Positions 25,378-40,251 of a stretch of DNA of 64,000 nucleotides are shown here, one piece after another. The stretch is taken from positions 338,768,001 through 338,832,000 of the forward strand of contig CM097882.1 of the NCBI GenBank assembly GCA_044892505.1. Reading direction: 5' to 3'. A model generated the notes under the pieces. The model saw only the letters and a list, made by a program, of their open reading frames with translations. It made no database searches and was not told the origin of the DNA. The number at the start of each line of letters is the position of its first letter. Positions within the stretch are counted from its first letter, which is position 1. The translations under genes and the position numbers were made by a program. The DNA comes from Schmidtea nova. Lineage: Eukaryota.

Positions 25378-26271
25378 GTAAGCTTAAAAAATAAATAATC
25401 GAAATTGATTAATTTAAATAAATTTAAATAAGATCAAATATTTATTATAAAAAAGATTTTGTTACAAATTATTCTTGCAGAAAGTAATATTAAAAATAAC
25501 AAGATTCGTTCTTTATGAAATAAGGCCAAAGATCAAACAACCAGCTTATAAAAGCTTTTATAGGACAGCTGAAACAATTTGGATAATTTTCTCAGTGAAA
25601 CAAGCAAATTTATCATTTATTTCAAATCACCCAGATTTATCAAAACAAGACACTTTATTATTTATTTCAAGCCTTCCACATATATCTAAAGATACTATTT
25701 AAAGAACTACAGAAACAATTAACTACACATTTAACTACCGAAACTGTTAGCTCTCAAAACAATTAATTGATATTAGAGTAAATCCTGTTCCAGAAAATAA
25801 TTACTACAAAGGAAATTGTTGGGTTCAGTATAAAGTAATTGTATTGTAGTTTGTTGGTTTTTGATTTAAATAAGTTAAACAATAAAACTTTTGTAATATC
25901 ATATTTCATTTTATCGTTGTTATTTTATTGTAATTACACGCATGCAATAGACATATAACCTGCACCCCAATTGTCCCCACAATTCTTTTCTTTGGGAGAC
26001 TCTTTTGGGCACTTACAAATCTCTAAACACACAATTAGTCTAAGTCAAAACAAGTTAACCCAAATAACTAATAGTACTATACCAACTGGTGTCAGAAGCA
26101 AAAAACATAACACACACTCGCCGATTTTTTTTGCAATCACTACGCCTTTTAGAATAGCTATAGATAGAGCTATAAAGGATAGTTGACTCTGTTAGCCGAA
26201 CACAGTAGGCTATATCCTTCAATCAACCTCAATTTTTTTCACATAAATAAAACAACATTACACACAAAAAA

Positions 26272-27329
26272 ATGGCATCGAACCAACAAAACCTAACAAA
26301 CAGTCCCCAAACACACAACAACGAAACAACATCAAATCAACAAGAGAATACCAACTATTATTACACCCCTGAAAACCATCACACCATAAATTCAATAATA
26401 GATCCCAAGACTAACATCCCAAATTACTTTACAGACGAGAACGGCACACCCCAAAAATGGCTAGAATTCTCAAAACTAACGTTGACACTGTCGGGAATCA
26501 AATCGACAAAAAGCTTATGCTCCCACATTATAGCAGCCTTACCTAGTAATATTTTAAATGAAATCGCAGACCGAATCGACGAAATAGCAAAAGTGACTAC
26601 CCATTTACCCTACTATATACCACCTTATTAAATAGAAACAAGGTGAACAGGAGGGAAGTCTTGGAATCCTGCTTAAAAGATATACAGCTTGGAAATGACA
26701 AACCAAGGGAATTCCTGCGAAACCTTAAAAGCAAATTAGAATTTTTACAACCCAAAATCACAAGTGCGGGTCAAAATGATTTCGTGAAAGACCTATTCAT
26801 GAGGGCAATGCCGCAAGAAATAAGACGCATTTTAGCCGCAAATGACTGCAACGACCTCGACAAAATAGCCGATATCGCGGACAAAATAAATGATGAATTA
26901 TCCCCAGCAGTTTGCAAAACATACCGAAAACAGCACCCGTGGGAAAATAAGCAAGAAGACTGCCAAAAACGAGATAACCCTAACAACGATACCAACCTTC
27001 TACTTAACTCGTTAATAAAGAAAGTCGATGAGATCTTAGTAGAAAACAAGAACCTCCGAAAAGACTTACAAGAGGCACAAACAAGAGAAACGAAAAGAAA
27101 CCAGCTCAATCAAAACAACCGTACAGAACAAAACCCATACTTTAACCGTTACCAAAATAACTACAACAACCCCAGAGAGCAAAAACCAAATTTGAACCGA
27201 TACAATAACACAAACAACAACTACATACGAAATGAAAATTGGTGTTATTTTCACAATAGATTTGGGGACAAGGCTTTCAAGTGCAACGCACCTTGTACTT
27301 TCCACAACAAAAAGCCGGAAAACAATTAA
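26272..27329 (+). pseudogene. Gypsy 1 gag (frameshifted near 26630)
   Basis: LGNDKPREFLR..FMRAMPQEIRRIL..DKIADIADKI; C-terminal WCYFHNRFGDKAFKCNAPC motif. Confidence 0.85.
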
Positions 27330-30300
27330 AATCGCCAATGACAGCACCGACATTTGGCGACTACGAAACATTCACGGTGCAAAGCAACAATATAAATTTT
27401 CTTTTTGATTCCGGTTCAATAGTTAGCTTGTTACCAAGTTATTTATACCAATCCTTAAAAGAAGGAAACTACAACCTGTGAGCAGCAAATGGCAGCAACA
27501 TCAAAACCTACGGCAAACAACAACTAACCATTAATATAAACAAAACAAACTACAATTGGGAATTCATCATCGCCGACGTGAAACAGGCCATTGTAGGAGC
27601 CGATTTCCTAGCGAAATATAACTTGCTAGTAGTCTGCCGAAATAAAAAAATAATACAAAATACTTTCGAAACAGAAAAATACCCAAACAACAAAACTAAC
27701 CTGAAAATCTTAAAAACCTTAACAAATTGTGACATCGGAGTAATAACCGCAAACACAACCAAAATACAAACAAAAGGCTTACAAACTAAAAATATAACAA
27801 AATGCGAAAAAACAAACGCAGACAATTCTATACCAAAAGAAATCAAAGACTTACTCAAAAACTACCCTACAATCACAGATAAACTATCAATAGAAACCAC
27901 AAATAAATGCATCACAGAACACGCCATCATAACAAATGGTAACCTTGTCCACGCCAAAGTAAGACAACTGGACAACAAAAAACTCACAATAACAAAAGAA
28001 ATCTTCAACGATTTACTGGAAAACAGAATCATTCAACATTCTAATTCTAACTGGTCATCCGCACTTATGCTAAAAGAAAAAGCAAATGGCGAATGGAGAG
28101 CATGTGGAGATTACAGAGCTCTGAACAATATTACAATACCCGACAAATACCCTATACCAATAATCAACGACATCATAAACAGAATACATAACCCAAATTA
28201 TTTCAGTAAAATCGACCTGCAAAAAGCATATCACCAAATTCCGGTGCGGGAAGAAGATGTAAAAAAGACCGCAATAATAACACCGATCGGGTTATATGAA
28301 TACAACCAAATGCCATTCGGTTTAAAAAACGCAGCCGCCACTTTCCAAAGGTTCATGGACCAAATTCTGAGAAACCACAGGAATACGGTAGCGTATTTAG
28401 ACGACATCCTAATCGCATCAACAAACAAAACCGAACATATTCAGGACATTACGGAAGTTCTAAACACCCTCAACAACCACGATCTCAAAATTAATATAAA
28501 GAAGTGCGAATTCTTAAAACACGAAGTCAAGTTTTTGGGACATATCCTTAACGAAAATGGAACAAGACCTCTAGACGACAAAATAAAGGCCATCAAAGAA
28601 TTCTCACTCCCCAAAACAACAAGAGAATTAAGACATTTTATGGGAATGATAAACTTTTACCATAAACACATCCCAAAGTGCAGCGAAATACTCGCACCAC
28701 TAAACGATCTAAACAACAACAAAAGAAACGTCAAAATCAATTGGAACAAACAACTAGAAAGCGTTTTTGAAAAAGCAAAAACAAACCTATCCAACACAAG
28801 TCTATTAAACTACCCGGACCCAAACCTAACATACATCCTCAACACTGATTGCTCTGGAACAGCAATGGGAGGTACAATATACCAAGAAAAAAATAACGAA
28901 AAAAACCCATTGCATTTTTTTCAAAAAAACTCAAAACTCACCAAATGCGATATTCCACTTTTGACAGGGAACTGCTGGCGGTACACGATACAATAAAACA
29001 CTTTCAATACCTTTTAGAAGGGAAAGAATTTGAAGTGTATACAGACCACAAACCCCTAGTAAACGCAATCAACATGAAATTACCGTCACCAAGGCAAATA
29101 AGACAGTTGAATTTCATTTCACAATTTAATTGCGAAATAAAATATATAGCAGGAGCATCAAACATATGCGCAGATACTCTTTCGCGAATCGAAACAGAAA
29201 CAAACGCGATTAGCATGATTCCAATAGTGAATCAAGAAACAATGAGAAACAAACAAGAAAGAGCAATAAACAACTTTCCAAAACTCAACTCATTAATCCT
29301 AAAAGAGATTGATGGAATTTGGTACGATGTCTCAAACGAAAACAACATAAGACTAATAGTACCTGATGAACACAGAATCGAACTAATCAAAAATTTTCAC
29401 AACATTTACCACCCAGGAACGAAAGCCACATACGAACTCATGCACACAAAAGTGGTATGGCCGAACATGAGGAAGGACATCAAAGAATTCGTACACTCAT
29501 GTATAAACTGCCAGAAAAACAAAATAACAACAAAATTCAAAACAACAAAAATTGAATTCCCAAAAACAGAACCTTTCCAAACAATACATATAGACATAGT
29601 TGGTCCACTACCACCTAACAACAAACACAAATACCTATTGACGATAATAGACCGTCACACTAACTGGTTCGAGGCTATCCCAATCAAAGAGATCTCAACA
29701 GCAACAATTTGCAGGAAACTAGAAATAAACTGGTTTGCGAGATACGGATGTCCAAAAACAATTATTAGCGATCAAGGAAGACAATTTGAATCTGATATGT
29801 TCAAAGGACTGTGCAACAAATACAAAATAAAGAAAGTCAGAACAACAGCATATAACCCACAGTCAAACGGCAAAGTGGAAAGACTTCACAGATCATTAAA
29901 ACAAGCGATACGGACTAAAGCTAATGACAGAAACTGGTTAGAAAAACTGCCAGAAATCCTAATCGGATTACGAAATAATCCATCTTCGATAAATAATAAA
30001 AGCCCTAGCCAAGTAACTTTTGGACATTCAACAAACCTCCCAAATTTAATAAAAAATGTCGAAAACACGGACAAAACATTTGAAGTCAAAGCACAAACAA
30101 AGCATAACGAAACAAAAGAAGCTTTCGTAAATAGTAATGACAAGCACAAACATGCAAAAACAAACCTCATCGTAGAGTCGGTTTTATTAATAAAACCGTT
30201 TACCAGTGGTTTCGAGTCAAAATATGAAGGTCCCTACAAATTAATCAATTTGAACAAAAATGTGAGCACCCTGCTAATAAATAACAGGGAAATCAGAATC

Positions 30301-30477
30301 AACATTCGCAGATTAAAACCCTATCAGTATAACAATCAAACAACACAAAACCAAATGAACAAAAAACCCCAACAACTTCCTAACAGAAACACAACAATTA
30401 CACCAATTAAAAAAAAAGATACAGCGACTGCCTCAAATAAAAATACCGACACACACAAAAACACAAGCACAACATAG
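27281..30477 (+). pseudogene. Gypsy 1 pol (PR-RT-RNase H-IN) with a stop at 27479 and a frameshift at ~28920
   Basis: FLFDSGS protease; YRALN, KIDLQKAYHQI, PFGLKNA, YLDD RT; NTDCS RNase H; HPG..C..C, HIDIVGP, SDQGRQF, GKVERLHR integrase; YEGPY. Confidence 0.95.
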
Positions 30478-32232
30478 CTATTTGTACAGATTTTTTTTTG
30501 TTGGTTGTAAATATGCAATTTTTAGTGTTAAATTGTAATTTAAAAAAAACAAAACAAAACATAACAAAAACAAAACAGAAAAAAGGTTTCAAGTTACCGT
30601 TATCATTAAAAATGTAAATTTGATGTGATTGTGTGAGTGTTTTTCTTTTTCGTTTAAATGTAACCTCCGGTTTTTAAGGCGGAAGTTGTGTGGTGAACCC
30701 AACATTTGGGTATGTTGATTTTGTTTCACATGAGGCGTTTTATTTTTATTTTTTATTGTTATTATCATGGAGTTGGACCCCCCCCCCCATCCCTACATAT
30801 TAAGGGCAAAGAAACATTTATTATTTTTATTATTTTTATTATTATTTTTAAAATTTAAAAATAATTAAGCTTACTATAGTAATAAACTATAGTAAGCTTA
30901 AAAAATAAATAATCGAAATTGATTAATTTAAATAAATTTAAATAAGATCAAATATTTATTATAAAAAAGATTTTGTTACAAATTATTCTTGCAGAAAGTA
31001 ATATTAAAAATAACAAGATTCGTTCTTTATGAAATAAGGCCAAAGATCAAACAACCAGCCTATAAAAGCTTTTATAGGACAGCTGAAACAATTTGGATAA
31101 TTTTCTCAGTGAAACAAGCAAATTTATCATTTATTTCAAATCACCCAGATTTATCAAAACAAGACACTTTATTATTTATTTCAAGCCTTCCACAGATATC
31201 TAAAGATACTATTTAAAGAACTACAGAAACAATTAACTACACATTTAACTACCGAAACTGTTAGCTCTCAAAACAATTAATTGATATTAGAGTAAATCAT
31301 GTTCCAGAAAATAATTACTACAAAGGAAATTGTTGGGTTCAGTATAAAGTAATTGTATTGTAGTTTGTTGGTTTTTGATTTAAATAAGTTAAACAATAAA
31401 ACTTTTGTAATATCATATTTCATTTTATCGTTGTTATTTTATTGTAATTACACGCACGCAATAGACATATAACCTGCACCCCAATTGTCCCCACAATTCT
31501 TTTCTTTGGGAGACTCTTTTGGGCACTTACAAATCTCTAAACACACAATTAGTCTAAGTCAAAACAAGTTAACCCAAATAACTAATAGTACTATAACAGA
31601 TAGTATTCTAAAATTAAAAGCTATTAAAATTGGACAGTTACTTAAAATGGAGAGATTTAAAGCCTCGAAAGGTTGGTTGTATAATTTTAAATGCAGGTTT
31701 GGAATCAGACAAAAGAAATTGTGTAGAGAAAGCGCTTCTGTCGATTTAGAAGCAGTAAGCTTAGGAATCAAGAAAATTCACAACATAACCAAAGAACCTT
31801 TGGACAATGATGTTTATAATGTCAATGAAATGGGTTTTTTTTACAAAATGACACCGGATAAATCGTTAGCGGTTGGTTATTCAAGTGGATCAAAGCAACC
31901 AAAAGACAGAGTAGCAATACTTTTGGGGACAAACATGACAGGCACAGATAAACTCAAGCCATTAATTATTGAATTTGCAAGAAAACCCAGATATTTTAAA
32001 GATTTTAATTATGAATATTATTGTGATTATGAATATTCAAAAAAAAGTTGGATGAATGGATTAATTTGGAATAGCTGGCTGAAGAAATTGAATTTGAGAA
32101 TGATGGCAGAAGGTCGATAATGATTTATAGGATAATGATTTTAAGGAGATAATGATTTTAAGGAGATAATGATTTTAGTAATATTGAACTTTATTTTCTT
32201 CCGCCAAATACTACATCATACACACAACCAAT

Positions 32233-34699
32233 CAGTGGCGTAGCCAGGTTTTAACACCAGGAAGAGCGAGAAGATTAGAAAAGGCCCCACTTATCAAGAT
32301 CAAAATAACTCATTTAATTTCAGTTAATTATATCAATTGGGATACAGTTTATACGCAATTATTTTTGCATTTTAAATATAAAAATGAAACACCAAGTCAC
32401 CAACACCCATAAAGTTGCAATCAAAAACAATAATGTTTAGTAATATCATAATATGTTATTGTATTTGTATATCAGAATAAACCAGTTACATCAGCCTTTT
32501 TCGTCTAGGCTTCATTTTAGCAAAGTTATCACTCACCATCCACAGTTCGTTGCAGGGCAACTAATAATGCTGGTAAATTCTGCAATACTGCATCTTCTGC
32601 TGATTTCCTGGATGCCCATCTGGTTTTGCAAAGTCTTTTTAGTGTTAATGCAAACGATTCTATATGATTGCATTGCTCTTCTTATAATATTGTAAGACGA
32701 GGCAAACTGCCAGAAAAAAATGTATAAAGACTTTTAAGGATTCCAAAAAACAACTGAGTTTGAACATTCGAGGTTACTGTGTCAATAAAAATTAAATTTA
32801 AATTATGTGCACAACAGTGGGTAAAGAGCGCATTTAGAGCAATCTGCCTAACTCTTGCTTGGAGACCTGATATTTCCCCCGAAATTGTGCTAGCTCCATC
32901 ATATGACTGACCATAACACATAGTTATTGACAAATCTAAGTTTTCAATTGCTGAAACAAGAACGTTGAAAAAATCTTGGGCACTTGCTCCAGGTAATTCA
33001 CGCGATTTTATCAACCTCTCTACTGCATCGCCATTTTCTGTTATATATCTCAAAGATAAAGAAAACTGGTCAATGCTACTTATATCAATAGCTGAGTCAA
33101 CAATCACTGCAAAATACTTAGCTACTTTGATTTCATCCACAATTTTTTATAGAATCTGAGATGATATGGATTGTATCAGATCATTTTGTATATCGGGACT
33201 GAGATATGCTGCATTTCGATCACTCATTAATAAATGTTGTTCCAATATTGCATCATTTTTAGCCAACAGTTTAATCAGTTCCAAGAAATTCCCTTCGTTT
33301 GTCACTGGTGAACCTAAGCCTTTATACTCACGATGGCCACGGAATGCCAATCCTTGTTTTCCCAAAAACAGTACAGCATCAATGATACGTTTTAAAATCG
33401 TCCTATTTTTTCTATTTCTTTCTTTTCTGTTGTCAGAAGACCAGACAACACAGTTCTATCGTTAAACAACCGGAATTTCTTTGCTTGTTTGTGACTTTCG
33501 CTACTTTCATGTTTTTCAATTTTGTGCGTGCTTTTAGCAAAATTCTTGCAGCTAATTTTTGGATCACTTCAAGTATCGGATCGACTAGCAAAAGCCAACA
33601 AGCAAAACAAATCATTATATTAGCTTTTGGTGAGTAGACCAGCCAATGTCTATCAATTTCACGACCACCTTTTACTTGTTTCTTCTTATACCAATTAGCA
33701 CTGAAATGACGCCCAGTTTTATCTTTTGGGAAATTTTCAAATTTATCTTTAAGACCCGGCTGACACGGGCCTAACTCAAGTAGTACACGAACAAGTTCTG
33801 GCGTCACAGGTTTGTCACAAAACAGATGTGGATCTGTTGGGTATTCCATGTTTGGGTCAATAACTGCGCGAAGTCTTATTCTTACTGTGTCATCTTCGTC
33901 CTCCACCATAGGGTCTGTTGACGTGATCAGACCTACTGTTGAATCAGAACCAACTTCCTGAACAGTCACGGCAGCCGGAGTTGTGGTGTTGTTATCAACT
34001 CCTAGATTTGTTGTGAATTCTTCTTCTGGTGCCGCAGACGTTGTTGGATTGCTGAATGAAATTTTGCATATTTTGAAGATTCTCTTTCACGATCTTCGAC
34101 TTCTTTTCCCTTCTTTTTATCCCATCCAGATGGTCCAGACCGTTTCTTTCTTTCAGTGGTATTTTCCATTAAATTTTCCAAAATATTTTCCAAAAAATTC
34201 AGTTTCTAGGTCACAAATCACAATATCTAATTTTCATTTAATTTTCATTTAATTCAATTGATTAATATTTTTATTTCGATATAAACATCAAACGATGATT
34301 ATAATAAACAAATAACATTACGGTCAATGAAATATATAATCTTTGGTTTGTTTTTATGAGCAAAGACATTAAATTATAAGACGTCAATTCTTCCAACAAT
34401 CTTGCAACAGATGATAAATCAGTTTGACTCTAAGATAAACTTACTAGTTTCCAGTTGTGAATCTGGTACTTGGATAAGGAAATGTTAAACTATCGAATTT
34501 ATGGACGGAGTGAACACAGCTTTTAACTTTTTATGTTATTTGAACGATTGAAATAAATAAATACAGCTTTGTGACTTGCGAAATTGGAAATTGAAATTAT
34601 TGAATAAAGTATTTGTTTTATTCTTGAAAAGGCCCCACTTTTGAAAAATGGTCTCAGGGGGAGCGGCCGCTTCCCCTGCTCCCCCTAGCTACGCCACTG
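32233..34699 (-). mobile_element. Internally deleted hAT (Tip100-like) element, 2467 bp
   Basis: TIR CAGTGGCGTAGC / GCTACGCCACTG; perfect 8-bp TSD CAACCAAT; transposase pieces (RHWLVYSP, LAFRGH, VIVDSAID, SYDGAS, HCCAHNLNL); C-terminus missing. Confidence 0.93.
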
Positions 34700-35759
34700 C
34701 AACCAATGGATGCCGGAATCATTCGGAGTTTTAAATTCGGATATAAAAGTCAACTGCTGCAGTATTTAATTGATTCATTTGATGCATGTCAAGATGGATT
34801 AGTAACGTTAGATCTGGCTGTAAAATGGATAGCCAGAGCCTGGAGTTTTGTAACTTAAACTACAGTAAAAGATTGTTGGTCGCATGTAGGAATTATGAAG
34901 CGTGAAATAAACACAAAGGAAGAAAATTCTATATCCTCTTTAATACGTGAATATTCGATCAAATCAAATATCGAAGTGTGCAGCGGTTTTGATTTTATTG
35001 AATTAGAAAGAAATACAACAACAGAATTGATTTCAGAAGATATTGATATTATTATTGAAAATTTGAAATGTGATGATAATTTAAATGAATCTAATATAAA
35101 CAGTGAGGTAGTAATAGAAAAGTGTGTGAAGTTTTCATCTATTAAAAATGAATTTTGGGATTTGTATTTATATGCAGAACAAAATGGTTTGCAGGATATT
35201 TTTGAATCGATTCGCAAAATCAAAAATGTTTTCCGAGAAAAAGTTTTGAGAGAAGTTCTAGAAGAGTGATAAAAATCGAAGAACTTTTTAAATGAGTATG
35301 TTTAAATCTATATTCATCGTTAATTTATTTAAATGGCGAATAATAAAAATAAATAAAAATTTTTTTCTCGATGGCTGTATTTTTAATTTCCTCGTTTTTA
35401 ATTAATTTTAATTTAGATTGATAATTAAACTTGAATTATTTAAAATCGTATTTTTCGGGGTTAGTTTCTTTACAATTCCCTTAATTATCCGCCACCATGG
35501 TTATCCGCCATAAATTAAAGCATTTTTAAATTGGCGGATAATCGAGGGTGGACTGTACAGTTACTTTTTCGGTCACAAAAATATTGCTGCCCTTTATCCG
35601 ATCACTGGTTTACCATAAAGATTGTACACCCGGTCATTGTGGCCCTGTTCGTTTTAATAACACAATGGGGCCCTAGACATTGAAATTGTTCATCTATTTA
35701 TGCAGAATTTTTCAAATGTCAACTTATTTACATGCGAGATGTCTGAAATTAAATTAAAA

Positions 35760-36260
35760 TTTTAATAGTTTTTTTCTTCCACGATCCTGCTCATCATATT
35801 GTGTTCCATTAAACCAATGGATTCCACACGTGTTTACCGATAAATTTGCCAGGACCCTTTTTACTGTGGTTCCAAAAAAATCAAATTCACTTATTGACAC
35901 TAGATTATCTAGATAGTTCCCATTTTCTAGGAACAAATAGCTTGACAGGCTTTACGAAATGGCTAACGTTTTGAAGCAAGAAAGTGAATAGCGACAACAG
36001 CAAATTTCAACACATTCTTGTTCTTAGCGATAATGGCTGACTAATAAAGTATCAACGCATCCAGGTTCTTTAAGTCGAAATTAACATTCTCTCACGTATT
36101 TCCAATCTTCTTTTCTTTTTTCATTTTCTACAACGGTTTTCGATTATTGAACGCGACTTTTTCTTGAGCAACAGAAGATATACAACGCAATACAAACGAC
36201 CCTGTGACGGTGAATAAAGTAGCCTTTCGTGTTTCACAATACACGTCTAGTCATATTTCT
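35760..36260 (-). pseudogene. Decayed hAT N-terminal (TTF zinc finger/DUF4371-like) fragment
   Basis: RLLYSPSQGRLYCV; NVLKFAVVAIHFLASKR*PFR; ENGNYL..ISEFD. Confidence 0.6.
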
Positions 36261-36353
36261 TAAAAGATTTTTGTCTTTTGGTTGTAATCATACTTTCTAA
36301 AGGAACCAGGAAGGTGCAGAAATAATTTAGCCTTTACATTAATTTATCTATTT

Positions 36354-37420
36354 TGTTAGGCTGGTGAAATCGAAAATAAATTTAATAAAAATTTATTAAA
36401 AATTAAATACATACAACGAGAAACAAAGAGAAACGTTAAGCAGACGTTAAGCAGTAAAATAACGCAAGGGAAAATAAAAACAGTTAAGTACAATAGTAGT
36501 CATACTAACCGCATATTATAAGTCTGTCAAGATAGGGTTGAAGCGATAAAAAAGAGGCATCTCAAAAGAGAGCACACAATTTGAGTGCAGGTCGGATTTA
36601 CACACGAAGTATCGCACGAGAATTGAATGGGGAAGATCAGTGCTTGTAAAGTGATTATGAAAAGCATGATCAAAGAATAAAATCAGTATCAGAATAAAGA
36701 AAATAATTTATTAAAAATTATAGAATTAAAATAGATTTAAAATTAAATAGTTTTAATCAATAAATGCACAATAAAACAATAGATATACACCTAATTTAAT
36801 AGAATTAAAAACAAATATTTTCGAAAATAAATAAATCAAATTATAAAGTTAAATTTATGAAAGATAAATAAATACTCACTTATTAAAACTAATAAGTAAG
36901 TTTAAATCGTTAATAAATTATGTAAATAACAAAATAGGTAAGCGTCAGTAGAATTAGTATAAATAGACGCTGAAAAATCATAATCAAAATTTACCTCGGC
37001 ATTAAATAACTAAGAGCAAAATTTTGATTTTGATTTCGCCAGTCGTATGGATCGATTTTGAATGTGCGTTCTTGTGTTTATTTTAGTGAGATGTTTTCGG
37101 TCAATTGTTATTCAGTGGTCACAATAAAGTTTTGAGGCTAAATCTTTGCTTAAGGGATTCCAGATTAAAGTCTGAATAGGTGCGTCCCTCTGTGGTGCAA
37201 ACCACGAGGGTGAATCCGTGGCCGTGGAGCTCAGTAGTTCCACGTCATGGTGAGTGACTAATTTAATTAAACTAGAATAGTAAATAATTTGTAAGGGCGG
37301 GAAATACACACGGGATGTTCTAAGTACGAATGTACACTAAATGTTTGTATTAGTTATGAATGTACCTAGGTAGTTAGTTGTGGTCAACCACTAAGTCACG
37401 TAGGATATTGCTATTAAATT
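36354..37420 (+). mobile_element. Long (>1 kb) LTR-like repeat, 'family X'
   Basis: TGTTAGGCTGG start; TATAAATAGACGCTG box; shares blocks (AAGAGGCATCTCAA.AGAGAGCACACAATTTGA; AAGGGATTCC; GTCC(C)TCTGTGG) with 51266-51760 and with the split minus-strand copy at ~53400-60451. The 3' end is not defined. Confidence 0.6.
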
Positions 37421-38021
37421 AAAATCCCGAGATCGAGCGAAATTTAAGTCGACTGATATAAAGAATCACAGCGTAAGACCTTCTTAATTTTTAATACTTA
37501 TAGTAAATGTTTGAAAATCGTAAGGTGAAATAATATTTATTTAAAAAGTTATAAGATTTTTATAGGATTTCAGATTTCAACAAAGCAAGAATAATTAACG
37601 TAAAGGAAAAATAAACAAGACTACTTTCATTTGGGAAGTTTGCCTGGGCTATTAAAAAATTCGATAAGAAAAATATTTTATAAATAAAAAAAATATGGCC
37701 TTCTAGCAAAAAACAGAAAAGGTTTTAGCAAGCCTCGAAGATTAGTGTTTTATAAATAAATTCTATTTAAAAATGATTGTAACTTACTTTGATCATAAAT
37801 AAATCCAAAGTTTTCTTTGTAAAAGTCATTATTTCCAACAAAGTGATTAAAAATAAAATTGTAAAGCGTAGATAATCTATTAAAGCTTTTATAGTGATTA
37901 TGAGATCAAAATAAAAGCCTTAAAAGTTATCCTAATAAATTAAATTGCCTAAAAGCGATTTTAAAATGGCTAATGCAAAAATTAAAAAAAAAGATTAATA
38001 ATAACCTTGGATGCGTCACAC

Positions 38022-40251
38022 CAGGCCCGGCGCCAGGAATGAATCAATGGGGGGGGCAATTACTGATATTGGTATGGCAACCGCCTAAATTTTAAATTAC
38101 AAAAAAATACGGTCCTATCGACATTTGCCTTATTGCCTGCGAGTATCATCCTATATTTATCATCATATTTAGAACCCTTTGCTCATCCATATATCAAATA
38201 TTGATAGATAAAAGCCAATATTGGTATATTCTACTTTAACAATACAAGAATATAAAAAACACATGCAGCATGTGTTCAACAGCAGTATAAAAGCAGGATT
38301 AACAAAATCAGACGCCGACTACTCTCCTGAAACAATGGTAGAACATATTCGCAACTGACGAGCTTCGATTCTTCCTTCTCATAAGCTAATAACGCCAGGT
38401 CTAGTTTTCTTTGCACAGCCTTGCACTTTCAGTAGGGCGACATTAAACGCGTCAATATTGAGAATGTTGCCTCACATGTTACTGTGGAAGCTGGCAACAG
38501 AAGTGAGCAACAGATAAGGTGATAAAAGTGTGGGAATGCATCTCTGTAATTTGACAGGAATGAAGCAAGAACATCTAATTTTTTTGAATTGGCAATAGAT
38601 GATTTGTTAATTAGCTCTTTCGCGACGACAATCTCAGCAGTCAGGGATTTGTCAGTAAATTTCTTATCACTTGCAGCTATTAGACTTTCCAATGGTTCAA
38701 TCTTTTGTTCCTGAAGGAAAATGTCTCTGTTAACAGGTAAAGGTGCATCCAGCGCCTCAATCAAATCGCAGTTTGATTTGGAAAAACGTGACTGTAATTC
38801 ATTAATTACTTCATCCAAAATCTCGAAAAACACTTGACGATTGCCATTTTGCATGGAATTATTTTCGTCTTCGCAATCTGCATTACTCAACGTGCTCATA
38901 ATAAGGCTGCAGTTAAGTCTTTTAGGAATCTTGCGTGACCGATTTTGACCGAGGTTGAGAAGTTAAGGAATGTTCCTGAACTTTTGCAAACAAATCCTGC
39001 ATTTAATGTGAAGTATACTTAGCATTAGCAGGTATCGTTTGAGAAATCTCGTTCAATTTGGGATCAATATCAAGCATGTATTCACATATTTGAAGAAATT
39101 TCCCACTATTTACATGTCCAAACGCTTCAACATTTCCACGCGAAGCCAGCTCATTAACAGCTATCCATTTTGCAATTTTAAGAAGCGCACCAAAATAATA
39201 TCTGTTTCGCTCAATTCGGATAGGTCGCAATTGTTCCCCTATTGTTTTGCCTTGCTTTTCACTCATCTGCTTTTCTTGCCAACATTTCATCGCATTTAAA
39301 TGAACTTATGAACTCGTGTGTTTACATTCTTTTGATCTGAAGCACTTTCCCAATTAGAGTAGACAGTCTACATTTTCATCAGAATAATGTGCGAATTTCC
39401 GGCAAGCAAAACAAAAGCACTTATCTGATTGGCTCGAATACTCCAACTAAGGATGACTAGTACACCACTTTGATTGAAACAAACGATTAAATCCTTGTAT
39501 TTTGGTTACTGGGTAATTTCGTTTAAGAGGTTGCATTGGTTTGTCATCGTCAAGGTCTTTCGGAGGAATTTTTGATAAAGATGTGAAACCTACAAAAAAG
39601 GCATAAAAGCATTAAAGCTCATATAATGTTACTCACCATTTGCAATTTCGCCCTGTTGGCCTGCTTGATTTGCTTGAGCATGAAGCGCGGTCCCCACACG
39701 AACAGAATAAGAACAGTAATCCAGCAATGTTTTTTGTTGCTTTGACATCTGGTTTATCCAAAGCAACACATTAACGTTTTATAATATACAAAGTTGCAAT
39801 ACTTACTCTTATAGATCACAATGCCTTGCAATGAATGCCAGCGCTCACACTGTAGTAACATGGTAGACACTTGCAGAGACAATACATACATCGCTAGCAA
39901 GCCAATCCTGGAAGAAGTTATAAGTCGATCGCTGATTGGTTTCAAAGTGACATTATAATTCTGCGAGTGTATGAGAAAGGCTATAGTGTTATGAGAGTAC
40001 ATTCATAAATAAGAAAGGTTGTATTACAATATAGGCGGTGAGTGGTGAATGCAGTAGCCTGAGATGTGTGAGCAATCAATGCATACTCTATTTAGAAAAC
40101 AGAAAATTTATTGCAAACAGCAGTGTTTGCCATCGTAGTAGAAAAATAGATACTTAAATTCTTTTTAAGACATCTCGGTTTGGGGGGGGGGCATTTTCCT
40201 TTTCAGACTGGGCATTGCCCCCAAATGCCCCCCCCCGTGGCGCCGGGCCCG
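38022..40251 (-). mobile_element. Internally deleted hAT element, 2230 bp
   Basis: TIR CAGGCCCGGCGCCA (one mismatch); perfect 8-bp TSD CGTCACAC; transposase N-terminal (KCFCFACRKF, with a small GT-AG intron), ELASRG..SGKFL and C-terminal PASTVTCEATFS pieces; catalytic core absent. Confidence 0.92.

Larger units (their letters stand above)
24344..31598 (+). mobile_element. Ty3/Gypsy LTR retrotransposon 1
   Basis: LTRs 24344-26084 (includes an 840-bp insertion) and 30689-31598, TG...CA, with only a few differences; 5-bp TSD GATAG; PBS TGGTGTCAGAAG at 26087 (tRNA-Leu type); purine tract at ~30676-30686. Confidence 0.96.
24021..35555 (+). mobile_element. pogo/Tigger-type DDE transposon (~1.8 kb once insertions are removed), split by a Gypsy and a hAT
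   Basis: TIRs CAGTCCGCCCTCGAT / ATCGAGGGTGGACTG with TA TSD. CENP-B HTH (ELENCLYVWF..ITDS|ILKLKA..FKASKGWLYNFKCRFGI) and DDE (NEMGFFY; FLPPNTTSYTQP|MDAGIIRSFK) rejoin across the two insertions. Confidence 0.92.

Noticed and set aside
32130-32180. 17-nt unit GATAATGATTTTAAGGA repeated about 2.7 times
   Set aside because: Local slippage duplication within the dead pogo ORF; no further significance.
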